NCBI GenBank assembly: GCA_947623865.1
Contig: CANQIC010000007.1
Coordinates: 1,406-65,405, forward strand
DNA from: an uncultured Clostridia bacterium
Lineage (GTDB): Bacteria > Bacillota > Clostridia > TANB77 > CAG-508
Reading direction: 5' to 3'
DNA: 64,000 bases
Shown piece by piece: positions 20,780 to 30,539 of this stretch. Made by a program: the position numbers and the translations under genes. The notes below the pieces were generated by a model. The model was not told the DNA's origin. It ran no database searches and worked only from the letters and a program-made list of their open reading frames with translations. Position 1 is the first letter of the stretch, and every line of letters starts with the position of its first letter.

Positions 20780-22273
20780 CTATGCCAATGGTTTCATAGT
20801 TGGGAACAATAATACATCTCTTATTGATGCTGAATCTGTAAGAAGCATTATAAGTCTATCTACACCTATTCCAAGTCCTCCTGTCGGTGGCATTCCATAT
20901 TCTAATGCTTGAATAAAATCTTCATCCATATCATTTGCTTCTTCATTTCCAGCTGCTTTTTGTTTTGCTTGATCTAAGAATCTTTCATATTGGTCTATTG
21001 GGTCATTTAATTCTGAATAAGCATTTCCATATTCCCTTCCGCCTATAAATATTTCAAATCTTTCTACTAATCTTGAATCAGATGGTTTTCTTTTTGTAAG
21101 TGGTGATACTTCTACTGGATAGTCATATATAAATGTTGGTTGAACTAATGTCTCTTCAACTTTTTCTTCAAATACTAAGTTAATTACATTTCCTCTTGAA
21201 AGTGGTCCCTCTACTTCTATTCCTAATCCTTTAGCAGTACTCACTGCATCTTCATCTGATTCTATTGTATTAAAATCTACACCTGTTACTTCTTTTATTG
21301 CATCTATCATAGTTATTCTTTTCCATCCTGGAGTTAAGTCTATTGGTGTTCCTTGATATGTTATTTTTGTTGTTCCAAGAACATTTTGTGCTACTGTTGA
21401 AATAATTTCTTCTGTTATATCCATCATATCATTGTAGTCTTCATATGCTGAATATAATTCTATGTTTGTGAATTCAGGATTATGCTTTATTGATATTCCT
21501 TCATTTCTAAACATTCTACCTAGTTCATATACCTTATCAAATCCACCAACAATTAGTCTTTTTAGATATAACTCATTTGCTATTCTTAGATACATGTCCA
21601 TATCTAATGTGTTGTGATGTGTAATAAATGGTCTTGCAGCAGCACCACCTGCTATTGTATTTAATATAGGAGTATCTACTTCTACATATCCCTTTTTGTC
21701 TAATACATTTTTTATTTCTTTTATTATTTTGCTTCTAATCATAAATGTTTCTTTTACTTCTGGATTCATTATTAAATCAACATATCTTTGTCTGTATCTT
21801 AGTTCTGTATCTTTTAATCCATGGAATTTTTCTGGAAGTGGTCTTAAAGATTTTGTAAGAAGTACTACTTCTTTTGCATGTACAGATATTTCTTCTGTTC
21901 TTGTTTTAAATACAAAACCTTTTATTCCAATAATATCTCCTATGTCATATGTTTTGAAAGCTAAATAACTTTCTTCTCCTAAATCATTTATACTAACATA
22001 GCTTTGGATTTTCCCTGTTGAATCTTGTATAGTACAAAAAGATGCTTTTCCCATTATTCTTTTTGCCATAATCCTACCAGCCACTGCTACATCTTTTCCT
22101 TCTAATTCATCATAACCCTCTTTAACTTCTTTACTTAAATGTGTTCTATTATATTTTGTTATTTTAAAAGGGTCTTTTCCTTGTTCTTGTAACTCTTTTA
22201 ATTTTTCTTTTCTAATTGATATTAAATGATTCTCATCTAATTGTTCTTGATTATTAACATTATTTTCTGCCAT
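20780..22273 (-). CDS. lysS: lysine--tRNA ligase (class II)
   Basis: ...[27 protein letters not shown]...[20 protein letters not shown]...[15 protein letters not shown] are canonical LysS motifs. Confidence 0.96.
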   Translation of the reverse strand: MAENNVNNQEQLDENHLISIRKEKLKELQEQGKDPFKITKYNRTHLSKEVKEGYDELEGKDVAVAGRIMAKRIMGKASFCTIQDSTGKIQSYVSINDLGEESYLAFKTYDIGDIIGIKGFVFKTRTEEISVHAKEVVLLTKSLRPLPEKFHGLKDTELRYRQRYVDLIMNPEVKETFMIRSKIIKEIKNVLDKKGYVEVDTPILNTIAGGAAARPFITHHNTLDMDMYLRIANELYLKRLIVGGFDKVYELGRMFRNEGISIKHNPEFTNIELYSAYEDYNDMMDITEEIISTVAQNVLGTTKITYQGTPIDLTPGWKRITMIDAIKEVTGVDFNTIESDEDAVSTAKGLGIEVEGPLSRGNVINLVFEEKVEETLVQPTFIYDYPVEVSPLTKRKPSDSRLVERFEIFIGGREYGNAYSELNDPIDQYERFLDQAKQKAAGNEEANDMDEDFIQALEYGMPPTGGLGIGVDRLIMLLTDSASIRDVLLFPTMKPLA

Positions 22274-22304
22274 GTTTTCAACTCCTTAAAAAACTTATTT
22301 TAAT

Positions 22305-22333
22305 ATTATATAACAGAAAGTGGTAATTGTAAA
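22305..22333 (-). promoter_or_regulatory. sigma-A-type promoter candidate for lysS
   Basis: On the minus strand: TTTACA (22333-22328), a 17-nt spacer, then TATAAT (22310-22305), about 30 nt upstream of the start. Confidence 0.5.
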
Positions 22334-22451
22334 TATTTAAGTATATAAAAAATAATTGGAAAAACTTTACATTTTATATTGTTTTTAGTATAAGCTTTAT
22401 ATATAATAAACATGCCGACTTGCTTAAGTGACAGGAAGGAGGTTCATATTT

Positions 22452-22520
22452 TTGAAAGACTTCACAAAATTGCTACAACTTATATTGATTTATTACATAA
22501 TAAAGCATTTAAGTAAGTAG
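22452..22520 (+). CDS. candidate 22-aa small ORF (TTG start)
   Basis: A strong GGAAGGAGG sits 8 nt upstream of TTG. The ORF encodes (M)KDFTKLLQLILIYYIIKHLSK and is followed by the hairpin at 22527-22566. Speculative. Confidence 0.25.
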   Translation: MKDFTKLLQLILIYYIIKHLSK

Positions 22521-22526
22521 CACAAG

Positions 22527-22566
22527 AAAAAGACTAGGTAAAGTTTGTAGGCTTCCTAGTCTTTTT
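22527..22566. terminator. bidirectional terminator (tRNA-Glu on the minus strand, small ORF on the plus strand)
   Basis: AAAAAGACTAGG-(16 nt)-CCTAGTCTTTTT. Confidence 0.6.
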
Positions 22567-22662
22567 TGTTCATATCAATTACTTGACTTCACTTTGCAAT
22601 TGCTATAATTATAATACTATATTTTATTATAAATGTCAATACTTTATTATATTAAATATCTT

Positions 22663-22737
22663 TGGTGACCCGTACGGGAATCGAACCCATGATTCAGCCT
22701 TGAGAGGGCTGCGTCTTAACCGCTTGACCAACGGGCC
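22663..22737 (-). tRNA. tRNA-Glu (anticodon CUC)
   Basis: The minus strand reads GGCCCGTTGGTCAAGCGGTTAAGACGCAGCCCTCTCAAGGCTGAATCATGGGTTCGATTCCCGTACGGGTCACCA. The cloverleaf folds, the anticodon loop is CU-CUC-AA, and CCA is encoded. Confidence 0.9.
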
Positions 22738-22807
22738 ATGTAAGTATATTTATAACATTGTTTGTACGTTCTTGTCAATAGTTGATTTTGCAAATTTGTG
22801 AATATAG

Positions 22808-22926
22808 ATAAATTGTTGTTTGTTTCATGTTCGGAAAATTCAGGACAGTCCCAAAAATCCCCAAAATTGGTGATTTTTAGGGACAGTCCCTAGGATTTTC
22901 CTCTCACAAACAAATTACAATTTATC
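22808..22926. repeat. palindromic intergenic element, copy B
   Basis: gataaattgttgtttgtttcatgttcggaaaattcaggacagtcccaaaaatccccaaaattggtgatttttagggacagtccctaggattttcctctcacaaacaaattacaatttatc. Abuts the recN stop codon. Confidence 0.92.
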
Positions 22927-22927
22927 A

Positions 22928-24538
22928 CTATCCCTTGCTAATTAACTCTTTTGCATATTGAATTGATACTTTTGTAATTTCTCCACTTGCTATCCTTGCA
23001 ATTTCTTCTACCAAGCTATTATCTTTTAACAAAAATACATTAGTTTTTGTTTTTCCTTCTTCTACTTCTTTATTTATATAATAATTACTATCACCTTTTG
23101 CTGCTATTGTTGCTAAGTGTGTTACACATATTATTTGATGATTTTTTGCTATTTGTTTCATCTTTTCTGCAACTTTACTTCCAGCTATTCCACTTATTCC
23201 TGTATCTATTTCATCAAATACTAACGTTTCTACTTCATCTACATCTGCAAGTACCCTTTTTATGGCAAGCATTATCCTAGACATTTCTCCACCTGATGCA
23301 ATTTTTGTAAGTGGTTTAAAATCTTCCCCAATATTTGTCATTATTAAGAATTCTATTTCTTCTTGCCCATTTTCGGTAAATTCATTCGCTTCATTATAAT
23401 TGATATTCACTTTAAATTTTGTATGTTTCATTTCTAAATCTACCAAATCTTTTTCAATTTCTTCTGATAATATTTTACTAATTTTTTCTCTAATTTCATG
23501 CATTTGCTTACATTCATCTTTCATTTCAATTTCAAGAAAAGATAAATCTGATTTTAATTTATTTGTATATTCTTCTAGATTTTCTATTTCATATATTTCT
23601 TTTTCTACATCTTCTTTATATTTTAAAATCTCTTGAATATCATTACCGTATTTTCTTTTCATTGAATATATAAGATTAAGTCTTGATTCTACTTCGTCAA
23701 TTTCTTTATCATCAAAATAAATGTCTTGTGCAAATCTCGATATGTTTCTTCCACAGTCTTCCAAATCATAATATATACTTCTTATCTTTTCTGCTGATGA
23801 TTTATATTCATCATTTATATTCTCTATTTTTTCTAATGCCTTCATTGCAGATGTAATAGAGTCAATAGATACATTTAAAATTTCATTTTCTGCTATACCT
23901 AAATTTTTTGAAAGTTTTTCTGCATTTAATATTTTTTTCTTTTTTTCTTCTAGACTATCTTCTTCCCCTTTTATTAAATTTGCTTCTTCTATTTCATTTA
24001 CTTGATATTTAAGCAAATCTAATTTTCTTTGTTTTTCTTTATCATCTCCGTAGTTTTTTGCTATTTCTTCTTTTAATCTTTTATATTGCTTATACTTCTG
24101 TAAATAATCTAATTTTAAATCTTTCAGGTTGTTTCCAGCAAATTTGTCTAAAAGTTTTATATGTACAGTTGGATTTAATAATGACTGATTATCATGTTGT
24201 CCGTGAATATCTAATATTTTCGATACAAAACTTTTAAGTTCTGAGACTGTTACCATTCTTCCATTTATTTTGCATAAATTTTTTCCATTTATATTTATTT
24301 CTCTTGATAATATGATATCTTCATTATTAATTGATACGCTCATTTCAACAAATGAATAATCTTCGCCTTTTCTAATCATATCTTTTAAAAATCTTCCGCC
24401 TGCTAAAATTTCGAGTGAATCTATTATAAGAGTTTTACCTGCACCTGTTTCTCCTGTTAAAACATTAAATCCTTTATTTAAGTCGATGCTTATTTCATCT
24501 ATAATCCCAATATTTTTTATATGTAATGTGTTTATCAT
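22928..24538 (-). CDS. recN: DNA repair protein RecN
   Basis: MINTLHIKNIGIIDEISIDLNKGFNVLTGETGAGKTLIIDSL (Walker A), long coiled coils, and a C-terminal LVFDEIDTGISG. The start at 24538 follows AAGAGGTGG. Confidence 0.93.
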   Translation of the reverse strand: MINTLHIKNIGIIDEISIDLNKGFNVLTGETGAGKTLIIDSLEILAGGRFLKDMIRKGEDYSFVEMSVSINNEDIILSREININGKNLCKINGRMVTVSELKSFVSKILDIHGQHDNQSLLNPTVHIKLLDKFAGNNLKDLKLDYLQKYKQYKRLKEEIAKNYGDDKEKQRKLDLLKYQVNEIEEANLIKGEEDSLEEKKKKILNAEKLSKNLGIAENEILNVSIDSITSAMKALEKIENINDEYKSSAEKIRSIYYDLEDCGRNISRFAQDIYFDDKEIDEVESRLNLIYSMKRKYGNDIQEILKYKEDVEKEIYEIENLEEYTNKLKSDLSFLEIEMKDECKQMHEIREKISKILSEEIEKDLVDLEMKHTKFKVNINYNEANEFTENGQEEIEFLIMTNIGEDFKPLTKIASGGEMSRIMLAIKRVLADVDEVETLVFDEIDTGISGIAGSKVAEKMKQIAKNHQIICVTHLATIAAKGDSNYYINKEVEEGKTKTNVFLLKDNSLVEEIARIASGEITKVSIQYAKELISKG

Positions 24539-24616
24539 ATTACCACCTCTTAACTTTATGTGGATATAATATAACAAACATTTGTTTTTGTCAATAATAT
24601 TTCTATATTTATTTAT

Positions 24617-24677
24617 AAAGAAAGAGACTTAAAATTATAATTAATTTTTATAATTACAGTTTTAAGTCTCTTTCTTT
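24617..24677 (-). terminator. long-stem terminator
   Basis: AAAGAAAGAGACTTAAAA (24617-24634) pairs with TTTTAAGTCTCTTTCTTT (24660-24677). Confidence 0.6.
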
Positions 24678-24700
24678 TGTATCTTATTGAAATTTTAAGT

Positions 24701-25411
24701 TTATCTACTATCATTATCACTTCGTTTTGATTCTTCTTTTATGCTCTCAATTCCTTGAACTTCAACACTTTTTTGTCTTACATTTACTAATTCAGAATTT
24801 GGTTTATATGGTGCATATTCTTCATGAAATTCAAATTCTAATAACTTATCTTCTAATGACTCAATTTTATCATATAGATTAACTATTTTTTGCTCAATTT
24901 CTATTTTTTTCTTTTTTATTATTGTAGCATCTAATTGCCCTTGTAGATAATTCATCTTCATTTTTAAATCTATTATTTCAGATCTAATACTTTCCCTTTG
25001 TTCATAACTTTTTAATAAATTACTTTTGTTTGAAGTATCAGATTTCTTTTTTAATTCTACTATTGATGGCTCTATTAAAGATGTAATTTTTTGACCTTTT
25101 TCTAATACTGAATTTACTGAAGGTTGCATAAGTGTTTCATCATTTATTTCTAAATTTTCTAACTCTTGTTTTAAGCTATTTAAGTTGTCTATATATTTTA
25201 TTATTATGCCTTTCTCATCTTCTTCTGATTGGAATCCTATATTCATTCTTCTTGCTAAATCTTTAAAGATTTCAGACACCCTTGTGATATCATCTTTAGT
25301 TTCTGGTAATTTAGTTTTTATTAAACTTTCTATGTATTGTATCATTCTATTTCTTTCTTGTTCTGCACTTTCTACAATTTTTCTTATACTTTCTTCTCTT
25401 CCAGGTTCCAT
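24701..25411 (-). CDS. hypothetical coiled-coil protein
   Basis: 236 aa, E/K/L/I-rich with heptad-like sequence. No catalytic motif. Confidence 0.55.
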   Translation of the reverse strand: MEPGREESIRKIVESAEQERNRMIQYIESLIKTKLPETKDDITRVSEIFKDLARRMNIGFQSEEDEKGIIIKYIDNLNSLKQELENLEINDETLMQPSVNSVLEKGQKITSLIEPSIVELKKKSDTSNKSNLLKSYEQRESIRSEIIDLKMKMNYLQGQLDATIIKKKKIEIEQKIVNLYDKIESLEDKLLEFEFHEEYAPYKPNSELVNVRQKSVEVQGIESIKEESKRSDNDSR

Positions 25412-25436
25412 ATATAATCCTCCTCATATATTAACA

Positions 25437-25811
25437 TTATATACATTTATTTAATATTTCATCTAGTCTTTCTTTTTGATCAGTTAAATATAAATATCCT
25501 ATTAGTCCTTCAAATGCTGTTGCATACATATAATCTGCTGGATCTGCATTTTTAGGCAAGTGATGATTTTCAGTATTCCTAGTTCTTCTTATAATTTCTT
25601 TTTCTTTATCTGTTAAAATGTTTTGCAAATCTTCTAAAATTTTTGCTTGTGCTTGTGCTTTTACGTATTTAATTGTTTCTATATGTAATTTATGTGGTTT
25701 TAATTTTGTTGTTTCTACTAGATGTGTACGTATAAACAACTCATATACGCTATCTCCCACATATGCCCATACTAATGGCGACATTAAATTTACTTCTGTT
25801 TCATTTTTCAT
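25437..25811 (-). CDS. mrnC: mini-ribonuclease 3
   Basis: LVWAYVGDSVYELFIRTHL...ATAFEGLIGYLYL is a single RNase III-like domain of about 124 aa. Confidence 0.88.
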   Translation of the reverse strand: MKNETEVNLMSPLVWAYVGDSVYELFIRTHLVETTKLKPHKLHIETIKYVKAQAQAKILEDLQNILTDKEKEIIRRTRNTENHHLPKNADPADYMYATAFEGLIGYLYLTDQKERLDEILNKCI

Positions 25812-26697
25812 ATACTTTCTCCAATGTTATTTTTCCTAATTTTCCATTTCTAAAATCATTTAAAATGATATTTGCTGTCTTTTCTTCATCAACATTCCCA
25901 CCTGATACTATTGCTCCTCTTTTTTTACCAATTAAATTCATAAGATTATACATTTCTTCATTTTCATCATCTGACTTAATTGTATCAATATCATTTCCTG
26001 TCAATTTATATCTTTCTATCAAATTTGATTTATAATTGTTATATAGATAAGTCAATAAATTAAATGCAATTTCTACAGTTTGTAATACCTCATCTTTTAT
26101 AGAACCACTATAAGATAGATTTAATGCTACTTTTTCATCCTCAAATTTTGGCCAAAGTACACCTGGAGTATCTAATAGCTCTATATTATTTGCAATTCTT
26201 ACCCATTGTTTTTGTTTAGTTACACCTGGCCTATTCCCTACAATTGTAGTTTTTTTATTACATAGTCTATTTATAAATGAAGATTTACCTACATTTGGAA
26301 TTCCAAGTATCATTATTCTAATGTTCTTTTTTATTCTACCTTTAGATGCTGCTTTTTGCATATCCTCTTCCATTATATTTTCTATTTGCTTTAAAGTTTC
26401 TTTTATGCCTTTTCCTAAATTACTATCAGCTATAATTGCCTTAATTCCATTCTTTCTATAATACTCTACCCATCTATTTGTTTCTTTTTCTTCTGCTAAA
26501 TCACTTTTATTTAATATTACTATTCTTTTTTTATTCGCAATTATTTTTTGTATGTCTGGATTTTTACTAGATACAGGGATTCTTGCATCTAATATTTCTA
26601 TAACTACATCTATTAATTTTATATCTTCAATTATCTGCTTTTTAGTTTTCAGCATATGTCCTGGATACCAGTTGATATTCATTTTATTTTCGTCCAT
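25801..26697 (-). CDS. rbgA: ribosome biogenesis GTPase A (YlqF/RbgA)
   Basis: WYPGHMLKTKKQI...DARIP...LNKSDL...GIPNVGKSSFINRL...DTPG shows the circularly permuted GTPase motif order. Confidence 0.92.
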   Translation of the reverse strand: MDENKMNINWYPGHMLKTKKQIIEDIKLIDVVIEILDARIPVSSKNPDIQKIIANKKRIVILNKSDLAEEKETNRWVEYYRKNGIKAIIADSNLGKGIKETLKQIENIMEEDMQKAASKGRIKKNIRIMILGIPNVGKSSFINRLCNKKTTIVGNRPGVTKQKQWVRIANNIELLDTPGVLWPKFEDEKVALNLSYSGSIKDEVLQTVEIAFNLLTYLYNNYKSNLIERYKLTGNDIDTIKSDDENEEMYNLMNLIGKKRGAIVSGGNVDEEKTANIILNDFRNGKLGKITLEKVYEK

Positions 26698-26817
26698 CTT
26701 TTCACTTCCTTACAATTCTAAGTTAACTCAATACTTTTAATATTTTAACATAAAAGCAAGCCATTTTCAAATAATTGCTTGCTTAAGATAAATTGTAATT
26801 TGTCGTTATTATTTAAA

Positions 26818-27276
26818 TTAAATTTCATTTTTTTTCTTAAATATACTTTTAAAAAATTTTAATATTTTTATGTACCATTTTTCTTCTTTTATAACAGCCG
26901 GTAGCACTACTTCTTGATTATCATCAGTGGTAGTTACATTTATTCCATTTTTAAATATTTTATTTGGATTATATTTTTCATATTTTTCTTTATCTGTTTT
27001 TTCCTGATTTTGTCTTAATAAATTATTTAAAGTATCTCTTTGCTTTTGAGTTGCAAAATAATCTCTAAATAATATAACAAGTAAAGCTTCTGCTTCTTTA
27101 GATATATATTGTTGATTTAAATCAATTTGAGGATTAATTTTATAATTATAGCTTGTATCCATATTCTCTTCATAAAATCTTATTGTTTCACTTGGTATTT
27201 TTGAATATTCTTCTTCAGAAAAGTGACTTATAATTTCTAACACTTCTGTATAAGCTTTAGCATATTTTTCATTCAT
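26818..27276 (-). CDS. hypothetical protein, small partner of two-gene module copy 2
   Basis: 152 aa, homologous to the 12019-12462 product. Its start overlaps the upstream stop (ATGAATGA). Confidence 0.7.
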   Translation of the reverse strand: MNEKYAKAYTEVLEIISHFSEEEYSKIPSETIRFYEENMDTSYNYKINPQIDLNQQYISKEAEALLVILFRDYFATQKQRDTLNNLLRQNQEKTDKEKYEKYNPNKIFKNGINVTTTDDNQEVVLPAVIKEEKWYIKILKFFKSIFKKKNEI

Positions 27277-28003
27277 CTCTTGCTAATTCCTCCATATTTC
27301 TATCATTGCTATTTTCTCTATCTGCTTTTTGTATATCTTCTATATTAATACCATCCATTATGGATTTTGATACTGCATCTTTCATAGAAATTTTATCTTT
27401 TGATTTTATGTATTCTAGCATTTCTGCTAAATCACTATTATTATTTCTTATAATATCTTCTTTTCCGGGATTTTTTTCAAGAATTCTATTATAAATATAT
27501 TGAATAATATCCAAAGAAGTTTTCCCCATTGATGTAACAACCATAGATAATTTATCTGAACTAATATTATGATTTTCTTTTCCTTTTATGTCAAAATCTG
27601 ACCCCAAGCCATGAATTTCATCTCTTGTAAAATCTTCTCCCTCTTTTGCATCAACTTTTAAATATATTTCATCTCTAAATCTCTTTTCCATTGCGTCATA
27701 TACTAATTCTGGGCTTACCTTATTTGTATTAGAAAAATCATTTATTTTAAAATATTTTCTATACTCTTCTGGTATGTCACATACTCTTAAGTTTTTAAAC
27801 ATATGAATAAATGAATTCTTTATTCCTAATATTCCTTTTCCACCTCGTGATAAGCAAACCCTCGGTTTATCATTTACCATTTTCGAGGCATCTCCAATTT
27901 GGGCTATTAATCCTTTTTCATCTATTGATTCTAAATTATCTTTTGCTGTAAAATGAAAAAATGAATTATTTAAATCTATATTTTCAATATTTAAACTATT
28001 CAT
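27269..28003 (-). CDS. hypothetical protein (244 aa), large partner of module copy 2
   Basis: N-terminal FFHFTAKDNLESIDEKGLIAQIGD...RVCLSRGG. No family recognised with confidence. Confidence 0.55.
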   Translation of the reverse strand: MNSLNIENIDLNNSFFHFTAKDNLESIDEKGLIAQIGDASKMVNDKPRVCLSRGGKGILGIKNSFIHMFKNLRVCDIPEEYRKYFKINDFSNTNKVSPELVYDAMEKRFRDEIYLKVDAKEGEDFTRDEIHGLGSDFDIKGKENHNISSDKLSMVVTSMGKTSLDIIQYIYNRILEKNPGKEDIIRNNNSDLAEMLEYIKSKDKISMKDAVSKSIMDGINIEDIQKADRENSNDRNMEELARDE

Positions 28004-28053
28004 TATTAATTATCTCCTTATTATATTATAAATAAAGTATAATTATATATTTC

Positions 28054-28524
28054 CTAAAATTTATACTGGTTTCTATCTGCTCTATCATCATATTGTCTAT
28101 CATAATCTTTATTTTTATAAAACCAATCTGTCTTTTTATCTTTTCCAGTTCCTGTTCTATCTTTATTTAAAAATATATCCATTACAGTTAAAAATGGTAT
28201 TAATACACCTAAAAAAGATACAAATAAAGTTAAATAATCTGATACAATAGGTTGTCCATTTATTATATTCATTACTCCATTGAATAAATCTGTTCCAAAA
28301 TACAATCCATATGCCACAAAATATACTAGTGCTCCTATAATATTTCTTTTTATAATAAATATCATACAAATTAGTGTAAGGAAAAGTAAAATTATTTCTG
28401 TGATAAAGTTTAATGGTTGTATTGGAAAATTCCAGTTCATTGTATAAGCAAGTGCAATTACTAGTCTAAGAAGCCAAAACATTCCTCCAAACATTGTTAT
28501 CAAATAACTAAACATACTTGTCAT
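28054..28524 (-). CDS. hypothetical membrane protein
   Basis: 156 aa with four hydrophobic helices and a charged D/R/K/Y-rich C-terminal tail. Confidence 0.6.
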   Translation of the reverse strand: MTSMFSYLITMFGGMFWLLRLVIALAYTMNWNFPIQPLNFITEIILLFLTLICMIFIIKRNIIGALVYFVAYGLYFGTDLFNGVMNIINGQPIVSDYLTLFVSFLGVLIPFLTVMDIFLNKDRTGTGKDKKTDWFYKNKDYDRQYDDRADRNQYKF

Positions 28525-28579
28525 ATGTGTTTCATCTCCCTTAAATTATTATATTAAATATATTCTAACACAAACATTT

Positions 28580-29431
28580 TTAAATTACTACATCTCTTTT
28601 TAGTAATTTGTTTTTTATAACTCCTAATCCTACAAATTTGCTATTATTGTATATTCTATACAGACCGTCTTCCAACTCATGTGTTAATTGCACTCCATTT
28701 AAAAACAATTCTAATTTTCTATCATTTAAGTCTATCTTGATTCTATTTAAAAATATTTTCTCTATAGATATTATTTTTTCTTCAATATTTATATTGTTTA
28801 AGTCTTTTAAAGAAACAGCATTTTGAATTTTAAATGTATTTACTTTTATTCTTTTAAGCTCTTTCATATATCCAATTGTTCCTAATTTTTTTGCTATATC
28901 CTCACAGAGTGTTCTTATATATGTACCTTTTGAACATTCCACTTCAAATGTTATTTCAGTATTATAACACTCTTTTAATTTTATATCGTATATTTCTATT
29001 TCTCTTGGTTTTATATGTACCTGTTTCCCCTCTCTTGCATATTCATAAAGTTTTTTTCCTTCTACCTTTATTGCAGAATAGATAGGTGGAATTTGATTTT
29101 GTTTTCCAATAAAACTTTTAAGCACATTTTCTATTTTCTTTTTACTAATATTTTCAAAGCTATTATTTTCTTCTATAATTCTACCTTCTGAATCACCCGT
29201 ATCTGTTTTTTTACCTAATTCAATTGTAGCAATGTATGTTTTTTCATGCTCCACTAAATATTTAGAAATTTTTGTTGCTGTTCCAATTAAAATTGGCAAA
29301 ACACCGGTAGCATTAGGGTCTAACGTACCGGTGTGTCCTACTTTTTTAATATTTAATTTTTTTCTTACTACATTTACTACATCATGTGAAGTATATCCTT
29401 TTGGTTTGTTTATTATCAATAATCCATCCAT
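28580..29431 (-). CDS. truB: tRNA pseudouridine(55) synthase
   Basis: MDGLLIINKPKGYTSHDVVNVVRKKLNIKKVGHTGTLDPNATGVLPILIG is the catalytic Asp motif. Confidence 0.95.
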   Translation of the reverse strand: MDGLLIINKPKGYTSHDVVNVVRKKLNIKKVGHTGTLDPNATGVLPILIGTATKISKYLVEHEKTYIATIELGKKTDTGDSEGRIIEENNSFENISKKKIENVLKSFIGKQNQIPPIYSAIKVEGKKLYEYAREGKQVHIKPREIEIYDIKLKECYNTEITFEVECSKGTYIRTLCEDIAKKLGTIGYMKELKRIKVNTFKIQNAVSLKDLNNINIEEKIISIEKIFLNRIKIDLNDRKLELFLNGVQLTHELEDGLYRIYNNSKFVGLGVIKNKLLKRDVVI

Positions 29432-29437
29432 TTATTG

Positions 29438-30388
29438 TTACCTCAAATACTTTTTGCATTCTTCTATTATTTTTGTTTTTGCTTGTTCAAATGGAAGATT
29501 TATATTTCCTCCAGCTGCTCTTATATGCCCTCCTCCTCCAAAGATTAGACATATATCTGAAACATTAACATACTCATTAGAACGAAGAGAAATTTTATAA
29601 CCATTATCAGTTTCTCTTAAAAATATTGAAACTTCTACCCCTTCTATATCTCTTCCCATTTCTACTATTCCATCATGGTCATTATTTCCTGCTCCTAATC
29701 TTTCTTCATCTTCTTTAGTTATATATGTAAAAGTTAATTTACCATCTTCTAGAAATTCTAGTCTGTTAAGAGCTATTCTAGTAAGTTCAAATCTTGTTTT
29801 TGATATTGTTTGTAATACTTTTTTATATACATCAGAAACATTTACTCCTCTATTTAAAAGTTCTGCTACAAATTCAAATGTTTCTGCTGTTACTCCTTTA
29901 TATTTAAATCCACCTGTATCTGTAATTATTCCTGTAAGAAGGCATGTTCCTATTTCTTTATCTATAATTATACCTAACGCTTCAAGAACAATTATTAAGA
30001 TTTGGCTACATGCTGGTGATGTAGGATTAACAAAGTTATAGTCTGCAAACATTGTATTTGAGCTATGATGATCTATTGATATTTTTGTATTCGCATTCTC
30101 AAAATATTTTGCAAATCCATTTAGCCTTTTTATATCTCCTGAGTCTAAAGCTATTGCTAAATCATATGTTTCACTTCTTCCCTCTTTTTTTATCTCTTTA
30201 CTATTAGGTAAAAATTCAAATGTTTTAGAATACTCAGGTATAATTACATCAACATCTTTTCCTAATTGTTTAAGTCCAGTATATAAAGCTAAACTACTTC
30301 CAATTGCATCTCCATCAGGCATTTCGTGTGTAAGTATCACAATGTTTTTTGCATTATCTATTTCTTCAACAATATTATCTAAAGTCAT
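29438..30388 (-). CDS. nrnA: DHH/DHHA1 family phosphoesterase (NrnA-like oligoribonuclease / pAp phosphatase)
   Basis: ILTHEMPDGDAIGS, DSGD, IDHHSS, and GGGHIRAAG near the C-terminus. Conserved position after rbfA. Confidence 0.85.
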   Translation of the reverse strand: MTLDNIVEEIDNAKNIVILTHEMPDGDAIGSSLALYTGLKQLGKDVDVIIPEYSKTFEFLPNSKEIKKEGRSETYDLAIALDSGDIKRLNGFAKYFENANTKISIDHHSSNTMFADYNFVNPTSPACSQILIIVLEALGIIIDKEIGTCLLTGIITDTGGFKYKGVTAETFEFVAELLNRGVNVSDVYKKVLQTISKTRFELTRIALNRLEFLEDGKLTFTYITKEDEERLGAGNNDHDGIVEMGRDIEGVEVSIFLRETDNGYKISLRSNEYVNVSDICLIFGGGGHIRAAGGNINLPFEQAKTKIIEECKKYLR

Positions 30389-30410
30389 ATTAATCTCCTT
30401 TTCTATTTGT

Positions 30411-30539
30411 CTTATTCGGTTTGAGGAACAAACCTTATTCGGATGAGGGACAAACCTCAGTCATAGGCATTTCTCATAGATTGAGGCATTTCCCTCGTTT
30501 CAATAGTATTCCTCATAGATTGAGGTATGTCACTCGTTT
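30411..30539. repeat. cluster of short tandem repeats (2 x ~24 bp, then 2 x ~39 bp)
   Basis: CTTATTCGGTTTGAGGAACAAACC / TTATTCGGATGAGGGACAAACCTC, then CATTTCTCATAGATTGAGGCATTTCCCTCGTTT / TATTCCTCATAGATTGAGGTATGTCACTCGTTT. Each unit contains a small hairpin (CCTCA-TAGAT-TGAGG). The last copy overlaps the final codons of rbfA. Confidence 0.8.

Noticed and set aside
22274-22451. A T-box or other riboswitch leader upstream of lysS. The same question was considered upstream of serS (63274-63479) and gatC.
   Set aside because: The leaders are short. The promoter-like hexamers lie about 30 nt from the lysS start. They lack the conserved T-box sequence, specifier and antiterminator architecture, and any GC-rich structured core.
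28163-28369. A 68-aa minus-strand ORF nested in the membrane-protein gene 28054-28524.
   Set aside because: It is an alternative frame of a better-supported longer ORF, with Y/I/K-rich nonsense composition.
30411-30539. A possible CRISPR array, because of tandem short repeats.
   Set aside because: There are only two copies of each unit. The copies are directly adjacent with no spacers, the units are imperfect, and no cas genes are present in the window.
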